37,113 nt of DNA, taken from NCBI GenBank assembly GCA_964200185.2, contig CAXNAD020000042.1:1-37113 (forward strand). Reading direction: 5' to 3'. A program made the position numbers and the translations under genes. How positions within the stretch are numbered: the stretch's first letter is position 1; each line of letters opens with the position of its first letter. This document shows positions 11,901 to 23,900 of the stretch, piece by piece. Below the pieces are notes generated by a model. It saw nothing but the letters and a program-made list of their open reading frames with translations, searched no databases and had not been told where the DNA came from. The DNA is from Choristocarpus tenellus KU-1152 (Eukaryota; Protista; Phaeophyceae).

Positions 11901-14900
11901 CTAGCACTCAATACGCACTTGAGCATATCCATAATACATTATCAAAATGAAAGATATACTCAGAAATAGCTGAGCTATCTTCACATATCAACAAGAATTG
12001 ATCGCTCCTCAGGGCCAATTGGGGTGTGTATGTTTTGTTTTTAACTGATGTATGGGCTGAGTGTAATTAGAGTATATTTGATTGCTTGGGCAATTCTCTA
12101 TTGCTACAGTATTGACTTTGACCAAGGAATCACTGAATGAATATCTGAAAATGAATGGGTTGCATTCTTTCCAATGTGTGGTTCATTCTGAATTTTGAAC
12201 TTCAATCACAAGACCAGGTGGTCCCTCTCATTTCATATGTCAAAGTGTCCTAGACATGTGGAGGCTGCTGAAAGTTGATGGCCCTTACAACTGCTCCTCA
12301 CAATCATGCCAAATGACTAATCCGCTTATGCAGACTTTTCAAAACACCATGCAAGCAAGATAATTAAAGTTCATTTGATTTTTACAATATTCCGGGCAAG
12401 TTTCTCACAGTAAGCAGCGCTGTTTCCAGGCAGAGGTTATGCTGAAGCGTGCAGAACGCATCCAGGACCAAGAAGATAAGATACTTCCACTGTATCAACC
12501 CTTTGTCAAAGATGAGGGCAAAGGCAACTCCAGTGCACCCCTTTTTGATGTCCTGTCTGCAGTGGGGATGTCCACAAGTGACACATTATGGGAGAAGCTC
12601 ACTTTTGTTACAAACCTCTTTGACATCAACAATAACAAGGTGACAATCATTTCCTTTTGTCTTTCAAACAAACATGGCACCAACCCGTTGGCTGTGATAA
12701 ACCACACTGAATAAGAAATATTTCAGAGATACTCGTATACACTTAATTGTTGTGGGATGTATCTGCAGATGATTGCCACACATACAGGATTTCAGAGATA
12801 TTGGGTAAGTTAAGACCGCTGCTTACCTAGTGTAGATTTAAAGGTGTGAGTAGTGCAAACATTGATCAACTACTGTGGAGTCTATCATTTCAAAATAGGA
12901 AAAAAACAAAATCCCATGTATCCCATGTATCAGGACACAAAACTGGACCTCTCCCAGGGTTATTTGAGAGGCAGGGGTACCCATTGCCCTAGTTGCTAGA
13001 CTATTTAACATTTACCCTCCACAGTGCACACTCTGATGTTTATTTTGTTTGGCGCAGTGTTCCTCGTATGCTGGTATCCGCATACTTCCTTGAGTAGAGT
13101 AAGAAGAGGCACAACCCAACATTACATAAGGTAGGTAAAAACAGCTCAATAGATGGTTCTAGCAAACGTTTTTTTTTAAGCCTCTGTCTCAGAGGTTGAG
13201 TATTTGTTTTAGATGACAACGGCAATGTCAAATCAGGTATTAAAATACTTTGGGGGGAAATGTTGGATATTGTTGGATAGTGCATTTTGATTTTCTTTAG
13301 ATATTGTGGTCTAAAGTATCCTCATGTTTACATGCATACTAGCATCTCAGTATCTAGACATAACTATTTTTACGTGATCACCTACCTACCTACCCTTCAC
13401 TATATATTCACTATATGGTTGCCGTGTTCTTGGTTGAAAACAGAATAAGTAGGTCGGCAATTCTTAAGTGTATAAACAAACTACTTGAAGTTGTATTAGG
13501 CCACCCGTTGGAAAATGCAGGCAGCAAAAGTGAATCTCTAACCCTAACCCAAATTGACCTGTACTTGACAGTTGATGGATAAGGATGAAATATGTGCACT
13601 CTTGGTGACCATGTCCAATGTGTTGCACAATCTAAAATTGGTGGAGATACACACATCCTTTGAGGAAATGGAGTCAGTTGTCCTCAGGGCTTTTTTGGAG
13701 GGAAGTCTTGACCACCACACGGGAATGACCACATATGAGGTAAGAGCTGGAATTGGGTTGCTTAGCCTAAACCAAACGAACCATCATGAACTCCAGCATT
13801 ACTGGGATGGAAAAGAAAGAGCTGAAGGTGAAATGTAATGTTGAATGCAGGTTAAATCATGGCTTGCTGGAGTTGTGGCACGCTCTCAAAAGCTGTCAGA
13901 TGTTATGGGGGCAGATTGGAGTGCTGGGCAAATGAGCACAATCATGCGCTATAGGATGGGGGCAGTTCATCAGTTTGAGATGGGGATGGTTAGTGTTGTT
14001 GATCTCAAGTACAAGGTGAGATAGTGGCAAATATTGTTTGAAAATTAGGGAAAGTTTGCAAAGGGAGGAGTAGAAACATCCAGGCATTGTTAGTATGGGC
14101 TTCTACAGGATTTTGTTGTTTGGTTGCTTTGTCCTTCACAGCCGTAGATGCAATCAATGTGTGATAGGAAGGAATCAACATGTGGCACAGTATGCAGCAC
14201 CTCAGGTCAAATTGACCACCGTGAAGCCCATCACCCAGGAATTGGCTAGCGTCTCTGATCACAATTTGTTTGTTCATAAATATGTAGTTTGCAGCTATTT
14301 TGCTCTTCTTTCAGAAGTAAGTCATTTGTATCATTTCTGGGCCTGGCAACCCTTGTGAGGGAGGCCTTTGAACAGTTGAAGCAGTGATTATATGATGGGA
14401 CGATCAAGATTTGTTCAACAGAGTGCTGTGGCTGTGGAAAGGATGAATTAACTGACGGGAACCTAAGGAGCTTGAGGAAATTCTATAAACACACATTCAT
14501 GGGTGGGTTAACCTACAAAAGGGATGCTGTGATGAGAACCAAAAGCGAGTAGCTTCAGGAAGGAAACGAGGTAGAATAGGTTGGAATAGAGGTAGAGTAG
14601 GTTGGAATAGAGGTAGAGTTATTGAGGACCAGACAGACCTCTAAACTCAGGTCAAGTGAAACAGAACAGAATAGAACAGGTTGTAAGGATATCTGGGTTA
14701 TGACAGCATTTATTAAAATATCAGTCAGGTTACGACACCGAACACAAATATGTGCAGGAGATCTCAAATGGAATCTCCCCTGACCCATATTCCCACATAT
14801 ATATTTGGGAAAGTTTTGGTCTGCCCAACATATTTTGGCCAGGCACACCCGACCCATCGTGACTTGACCAATTTGCCAAACTTACCATTCTATCCAGGAC

Positions 14901-17900
14901 TGTGAGAGATTTGAACTAGACCGAGTGTTGGACCAGCCCCAGAAAAATGTGTTTTAAGTTGGTTTAACTAAGTTGATGGTTATCCAGGACCACCAGAGTT
15001 TTGATTGGACCAGGTCGCGGGTTGTCCCAGTGAAAGGTTCTACTTGAAGGTTTTGGTACCAACAAAAACAACTGCCCCAACACGCAAACTGTGCATTCAA
15101 AACCTAGTTTTTTACTGGGTTTTTCATAGTTAATGGCACCAACTGACCAGACTAGGCTGCTGACCGGTCTGCTCACACCTTTGACAGCCCTGGACTGGCC
15201 CCATTACAGCATATTTGACTGGGACCAGTGTGTAAGGTGATGGACTGACCTGTCAAAATACTTTATTAGGGTCTGTCCATGTCCTGATCCGGTTCAAATT
15301 TCAATTTGTTCTTGATAAATGTTATGTTAGCCAGATTGACTGTCTACAATATATTGGGCAGACATTAAAATGACCCAAATGTGTATGGGAGTTTTTTATT
15401 CCTCCAACTGCAAGGGTTACTGTCATCACAATATGATTTCCTGAGAGCTGACTACTGGGCCAGCTCTGTACTATCAGTGTCCGCCCATGGCCTGGTGTGG
15501 TTGAAATCTTTCACCACCCTGGATTGGCCACGTTGAACCATTTTCCAGTCTGGTTGCAAAAGTCAATGCTCCTGGACCAGCCCTGCTCAAAAACCATAAA
15601 CATTGATGGTACTATTCTTCACATTCTTCACGTAGTCAGTCTGAGGTGTCCCAGACCCGTGGTTGAAAGGTACTCTACTCTACTCTACTCTACTCTGCTC
15701 TACCCTTCTCAGAAAAAGGCAACACAATATGTTTGAGAGATAAAACTAGCACTATGAAAGAGAATATATAAATAATAGTGAAAGAACAAAGATTAAAAAA
15801 CAAAACAAAAAAAAGAAGAGAACAACTGAGTGTACCCATGAGGACAACAGAGGGAAAACCATTTTTGAACTAACACCCAAGTTACTTTGGTCACACCAGT
15901 CAGGTCAATCCAATCCAAAACAGCACTAATTTATGGTGCATGTCACTCAAAAGAGAGCAAGGAAAGGGAAAGGGGGAATGAAACAATAGTCAACCTAGAG
16001 AAGAGAGAGACAATAAGAAAGTAGCATTCAGCAGAGATTGGTGGTGGTGGTGGTGGCGGTGGTTGCTTGGATTACCTTAGCTGCAGCCTTAGCATGACAA
16101 AAATCAGTCATCACAGTTTCCTTTGAAGACCACTGTACCACTATGCCATGAAGCCAGTTGTGCTATGAGACACACACTCATATCGCCTCTATCAACTGGT
16201 TGACCTTGTGCTCCATCCCTCAACCGTAATCCCAAACTTCATATGGCCACCTTGAAGGCACATACACCAGTTCTCCTGCTCACCTTGCTTCCGTTTTTCA
16301 CCTTCCCCTTCTCCTTCCCAAACATGTACACCTTTGGGCGTCACTCATGCCCAATGCATGTAACTGACTCTATAAATAGGAGTATCTATCACCTTGAAAC
16401 TCTCAAGCCTAGTCTTCACAAGGACATGTTTGTAGGAATGTGGGTGTGTTTGTGAAGACATTCTTACCGAGGCCAACCAACGGCCTGGTTTGGTCACATT
16501 TATTGTGTCCATGTGAGAAGCCCTGGTCTCAAAAATTTCAAGCTCCAACTGTCAGAGTCTTTAAACAATGTCAGTCTCAGGTTACAAGTGTTTGTAGTTT
16601 TGAAAACAGCTTTTAGCAAATAAGCACAAAACCTATTTAAATGCTGTAAAGTGAAGGGGTTGAAAATCAGAAATGAAATTAAAATCATACCAGAACTTTC
16701 AGTAGTCTTTTCAACCTTTCTACTGAGGAGAGTCATTGCAAAACATGAGTTGGGCTGGGAAGGTAGATGTCTCTATAGGGAACATCACATTATTGAGACT
16801 GGGGTACAACCAAACCAAACTCTCCCTCTCTGACCCCTCTCTGACCCTCTTTGACCAGCAAAAGATCGATATGGTGGCGTTTGTCATGTGCAGTGCTTTG
16901 AAAAATGGCATGAGGCACATCCATCACCCCATGTTTGACAGGGCTCATCTGAGTGAGAGGTGGTTTGATCTGTTTCTGTTTTGGGGTTACTTCATCCCCA
17001 GGAAGGCACCACCATAGTCTCCCTTGTGTCACAAGCAAGTCACTTATGCAATAAAGTATTTTTTCTGATGGTGAAGATATGACGACATATTTTGCCAGAT
17101 GGAACTTGGTGAAACAAGAAACTTGACATTTGGCCTGTGACAGAGGGTAGGTTGCAGCTAGTCGATCATCCTGTAGTCTTAATCATAATACTATGGAGAT
17201 CAAGACTTTTAATATGATCTGATAATCTCTATGAGAAATCCTCAAGGAGAAGGTCCTGCAGGCTATTGTGTTTCAATCATGTCTGTTAGAGAAGGACATT
17301 ATTTTCCTTGAGGATGACAATTTAGACCACGCAAGGCATCTGCCAAGAAATGAGTTGAAGATAGGGTCTCTCTCTGCTGGAGACTCAATATGCGTCTTCA
17401 AGCAACCTGCCCAATCATCAAATTTTAACATTCCAGACCTTGACTTATTCCATTCACTGCAGAGCAGGGAAGGCTATATTCACTCAAACAACATTAAACA
17501 TTAATAACCCTGCAAACAAAGAACGTGAAGACATACCAGGAGTATGATGCTGAGGCCCATTAACGGGCCTGACAGAACCTCTTTGGACAACGTAAGATTG
17601 CTGAACCAAAGTACTTGGGGGACAATGACTTTATGGCAGCCCCCAAGAAGCAAGAGGATAGACTGAGAGTAGTATGTATATTCTTGTGGACAAGGGAATG
17701 ACCTTCCTAGGGGAAGGGGAAGGATGTCATTCTTGGGGTATTCTATTTATTTTGCACCAAATTGTAAAGAAAGTTTAATGACGATATCTACAATGAATAG
17801 CATGTGATATTTCCTCAGCATTCATTGGACCAGGGTGTGAGATTCAATCCTACCCATGTCATGGTTGTATATTCTAGTGCACCAGATGAATGTAAATGTA

Positions 17901-20900
17901 CATACATGGTCAAGCATTTCAAGGTTTTGGTTTCCCCCAATCAAAATGGGCAAGTTTTGAACGGCATTCCACACACCAAATTATTATTACCAACGCAAAC
18001 AATACAATACTCTTGCTTTCTAATCCTCTTCATCTCCTTGTTATTGTAGTATTATTATTAAGAGTAGATTTAGTCTTCCCTTCAATCTGGGGAATATCCT
18101 GACTTGTGTTCAGCTGCATTATACACTGCACTATTAATCATGCTACCCCTACTGTACTTGACTGTTACACTATTAATCAGACCAATTTTAGTGCCTACAG
18201 TTGTGTCTTACTTCCTTTAAGTTAGGTTTAGTCATCCCACGGTTGTTCACTTTGCTTCCTCTCAAATATTGTGGTGGAGATGCCTTGACTTGGCTTGACG
18301 TTGCCACCTCAATGTTCTGGTTGTTCCCACGTGTTCATGTTTCCATTTGAGTGGCCTCTGGTGGAAGTGGAAAGTATAGGGTATAGGTTTGAATTAAGAA
18401 GAAATTTTCTTGAGGGTGTGCATGACCCAGCATGTGTACCATTGGCAAAATCACTGCAGCAAGCAAGGAACAGGACATGAGCACCACAGAAATGTGAACA
18501 AGTAGTAGTAGTAGTACAGTAAGGCACAAATGTCCACTCGTGTAGTTGTACCATGTAGTGCCATGTAGCGCCATGTAGTACCATGTTGAGGAGATAATTG
18601 AGAGATCAAGAAGGAAGAATGCTACAGCATGCTATGAATGACTATGGGTAGAAATAGCTACTTGTACAATGTAGCAGCACATACTAGCATGAAAATCCTC
18701 AAGGAGTGAGACTCATCTTCTGGAGTCTAAACAGGAACTCCTTTCTCAAAGAATTTAGACTCCCTGAAGTTTATGGATGATGGGCCGAGCAAATAGTTAC
18801 AACTCAGCCAAAAATGAACTTTTTCTAGGCTCAAAACCCAATGAAGCATCTATGACCTCTCCCCTGCTAATGACATCACTATATCTTTCTACCATCAACT
18901 GTATAATTCTCTTCATTTGCTGATAAAAGTATTCTTGATGCTTTGGAGGGTTGAAGTCGAACATTATCAAAATGATAGTTCATACCATAGCAATTCTCCC
19001 TACAAGTTAATGTCAAGTTAATGTACACCATGGAGCTGTCCTGTTGGCATCAATACCCGAATGTCTAGATCTGTTGTTGCTGGTGTAGCTTATGTGTCTA
19101 CAAAACAAGCTTGAATGCTTGGTTGGAATCCCATATAGGCAAGGTTTGCTTCCTGTAAGATTGGTAAGGTGTGAGTACACAAACAAAATATGAGCAAATT
19201 AGACCAGGAGAGTTGTGTAATAAATATGTATCCATATTACAGATGCTCCATTGCACACGTAATCATGGATGTCTGATCGCATGGATAACAAGATGGTTCA
19301 GAATATCAGGGGAAGTCCAGTCCCCTGAACCTTGCTTTTTCAACCATATGGGAGTACTGGGAAAACCTCCAGAAACTGTAGGGTCAATGAGTATTACCTT
19401 GTATTGCAGTATTGAAGGCTGGGTAGCAATGAGATGGGACTGGAGACACGCCATCTATCTCAATCTATTAGATCTGGATTTGACTCCCTCAATTATTGTT
19501 GTGATTGCAACTATTATTTCAAACCAATGAATGATTTAATGAAGTCATTTAGATTATGTGTTTTAAACTTAGTATACCAATCCTTGGCTTGGAAAATACT
19601 TCCACTCACTTCACTCTTCAGACTGGCTCTTTCTCATGTTGTCTTGATATCTGCATTTGACTCCCTCAATTGTTGTTGTGATTGCAACTAATACTTCAAA
19701 TTAACCACAGAATGATTTTAATGAAGTTATTTAGATTATGTGTTTTAAAACTTAGTATACCAATCCTTGGCTTGGAAAGTGCTTCGACTCACTTCACTCT
19801 TCAGAGTGGTTCTTTCTCATGTTGTCTTGACACACCAATGTATTCATTTTTTGCACTCCTTGCAATATTTCTATCTTGGTTTCCCTGGAGCTGGGCACCA
19901 CTAGTTGGTTGAACTTGTGCAGACACCTTTTGATTGTCCTGACAAGGTAAGGTAAGGTGAGTTGTGTGACCCATAAAGAGTGTAATCATTTAGGGTAGTC
20001 ACAGACAGGTGAGGTAAGCCTCACAGGGACAAGCAGTTCACATGTTGTTCTCATCACAACATGTAAGGAAGAACCAAATGTCAAGCAGCAGTGCACTCTT
20101 CCTTAATCCCAATCATTAAGGTGGCACGGGATCTCATCAAACATAAGCCATGCCTGCAAAAGGACAATAAGCAGATCATCCATGATCGGGCTGTGGCAAT
20201 GGGGGATGACGACCCACTAAAAGCAGACTACTCCCGGTTTGTGAGCTCCACCAAAAAGTCCATCATGTCAGATGCTGTCATGCTTAGTCATGGCCACCTG
20301 GAGAACTACTCTTACTGGCGAGGCAAAGTGATCATTAATGGGGTGATAAAGTTACAGAATGTGTACCGTGGCAAGGTGGCAAGAAATGCTGCTGAAAAGA
20401 TGGCAAAGAGGCAGGCTTTCCTATCTGCTGAGGTCGTTGCACGGGAGGATGCTCGCAAACGGGTCACTGAGGAAATTCTTAAGGTACGGAAGTATGTAGC
20501 TCCAGTTGAAAGCAATTGGAAGCCTCATTATAAATTATTTTTGATGGGATTATTTTGTACCAATTTGAGGATTATCTGCAACACATTTCTTTACACCTGT
20601 ATGTCATGAGACTTGTTGACATGCAAGGTTCTTCTCATAGGCAGACATCCATAGCCCTAACAAGTGAAAATATGTAAGAAAAGCTCCAAGACAAGGACTT
20701 CCTGACCTTCCCAACATGATTAAAAAAATTAGCGTGAGACAGAGTCGGGAGTTGCACGGATGAAGTGGGATGCTAAGGTACGCATGAAGCAGGCAAAACT
20801 ACGAGCTGCAGGAGATGTGTGTGACCGTCAAGGAGTGATCCAAGCAATGATTGAAGATAGTGTTAAGGTTGCACAAGATAGCGTCAGTCAACGTTTTAAG

Positions 20901-23900
20901 ATCATTGCAGAACAGAGGGGAATCACTGACATTGGTAAGCTCTTGGTGATCGTGAATGCTGATAAGTTTGTTTGTTTTTTAACCATGCATACATGCACCC
21001 AAGGTGTAGAGAACTTGGGTACCAGAAGCAATGAGATTGATTGTAGTAGGCTCCAATTGAAGAAACAGTGATATCAACATTGTTATTATTATACTGTACT
21101 ACAATGTACTGAGTATATTTGTGACCGCAAGAAGGCTTGGTGCTACGGCATTTTACCGTATTACGTAAGTATTATGTAAGTATATAAGATTCAGGAATTC
21201 TCTCTCTTGAGGTAGGCAATGTTGAAGTTCTCATTCTCTAGAGGCTGTACGTTTGTCACTTAAATCAAATCAATGTGCATCCTAGAGTGAGCCACAAACA
21301 GACATTTCCTCTGCCACTAGCCCCATATTTCTGTTTTTTGGTGAGCATTTTGCACTAGACTCAGGATTTTTATTTTTTTGTGTTGAGGTGAAAAGTATGC
21401 CAAAAGTATTCCAATATGCTGGGATACAAACTGTGATTAATTCAAATTAATTCACAGAACAACAGGGTGCTCTTATTTGAGGGATTTGGTTTGACTTCAA
21501 TGGAATATGTTTGTTCAACCCAGTTCTTGTATTGGGGGATGGACCATTTAGGTAAATGTGTGCTGCATATTTTTCCCTCTTGGCAAAGGTGTTGGTCAAC
21601 TATATATTTTTTCTCATCTTACAACAAATTTCCATGTGCTCTCAATGGTGAAGATCTCTGCAGATTTAGTTAATACAGTATAGTTAACTAAATTATTTCT
21701 CTCCCTGAAGTGATCAAAGTACTCAGTAATTTTTTTTTCAATCTCAATGGTAGGTGAAAGCAAACAAGGTGGACTAAAGCAGGGGCGGATATCTTCAAGT
21801 GATTCTTCACATTTAGGATCAGCCACTGCATTGACACACTCTGAGGAGCATACGCTGGATTCACAAAAGATCTTGGCCAGTCAGTTGCTGGAGGTAATTT
21901 ATTTTGAGATACAGAAATTTCTTGTGGTAGAGTTTCATGTTGTAGGTACGAGTGCCAAAAGGTGTTTTAGTCATCCTCCAGTTATATTGGAGCTTTCAGT
22001 AATCCAGTCGCAACTTGATGAACCAGTCATTTCATTTGTAGTAGAAGGAAAGTGTGCCTCAATGACCAAAGCCATTAATTAACCCTATTGTATAGTAACT
22101 GTAGAGGCTTGGCAAACCCAAGATACACAAGGAAGAATTGGTGACTCAGGGAGAACTTGTTGGTGAGCATAATATGAGTGAATGAGGAATGGGGTGATGA
22201 CAAGAAGAAATGAAATTCTCAAAGGGATTTGTGATTGTCTTGGAGCTCGGTTGCATTTGTGCTCCAAGGTTGAAATAGTTCTTTTACTGATCTTCTTTGC
22301 ACCTTGTGACACTCACCTTGATTACTGACTACGACTACTGACTACTGATTACTGACTATTGATCGACAAAATTCATTCATGAAAGGTTAATGTGAGCAAT
22401 CTCAAGGAACTGTTATTGGAAAGGGGGGCTATGGAGAATCTTGGCAAAGATCAGTTGTCAGGGATAAACACACTGTCCAATGGAACTTGGCCCATGCAGG
22501 AGGATCAAGATGCTCCAATTGCAGGAGACATAGGCCTGTTGTCATCTAGAGTAGAACCTATGCCCATGGCCCTATCTAGAGCGTTTCATGCAAGTAGCCT
22601 TGGATCAGGGGGTATAGACTTCAGTTTGTGCTCAGGTTTGAGCAGGAAGCTGAATCTGGCTGACATTCGCAAGAGGTTTATGACCATAGGACTATTTCCT
22701 CCAGAGCTTTACTATGTGGGAGAAAGCTTTGAGGAGTCACACCACAGGTGAGCAAACCTTGTGGTGACACCGTCCTACTTTGTCTTATGTTCCCTTCCAA
22801 GCATGTGTAACATTTGTTCATCTGAGAAAATAGGTTTGGTACATGATTTGAAATTTCGTAGCTCCTTTGCCCCAACACTCTCCAAAACTAATGAAGCAAC
22901 AATAGCACCGCATTGGCAATTCACCCAGTCACTTCACTAGCTGTAACTACCCTCAGGCTCCAAATGGCACAATCTGATCCTCCGGAGGAAGAGCTCAAAG
23001 CGAGGATTCAAAGCTGGGATTCAATAATGACAAACCTCAGAACAACTGAACTACTCAAAGAGTTTCCATGCAAGCGCCTTTTGATGAAATATGTGAAAGG
23101 TTTTGTCATAAGAGCACCGCCTTCAGGCAATCTGCAGGTAAGGACGTGAGATGACTCCAGCAACCAAGAGGAAACCATTCTGATCAGTCCTAAGTATTCT
23201 GAGAGTATTATGGGCAGTGCAAAAGTGCCCTTTTACTTACTTTTGAAGGAGTCAACATAAAACCTTAATAGCATAATAACCTTCATCACCATATTGAGGT
23301 TTCAGCTTATGTGCAAAATGATAGAGCATTGGGGCTTGTGTATCATACATGTGTTGAATCAATGCTGGGGCATCTACCATGTATCTAGGTAGGTGACAGT
23401 CAAAAATATCTACCATGTATGTAGGTAGGTAATAGACTAAAGTATCACCGTTTGGGTTGTACAAACTTTAAGAATCTTTATAGCCAAAGTACCCTGTCGA
23501 TATTAACTATCACGTAACACTACTGACAGGCAATGGTGGTGGACTTGTCTACACACTTCCAGATAGTTCGGAATGGTGAGTGTATAAGCTCAATCTTGGT
23601 CAACCTCCTCAACTCGGATACTGAGTTTGGTCTGGTGATGAAGAGTGTGCAAAGTCTGAAGATTAAGCATGAAGTCATACTGACCAAGACAGCGCAGATA
23701 GAGGTAAGAACAAGCCCAATCTTGTGGGCATGATCGTCCTCTGATCCCACACCCAAACAGACAAGTTATATTGTCGGCGCATGTGCTATAGGCTGCAAGT
23801 ACTCAAGTATTTTGAAATACAATCGTGCATAGGGTATAATATATAATATATGCATATAATGTATGCACTATTGATTATTTCCGTATCACTTTGAAATAGT

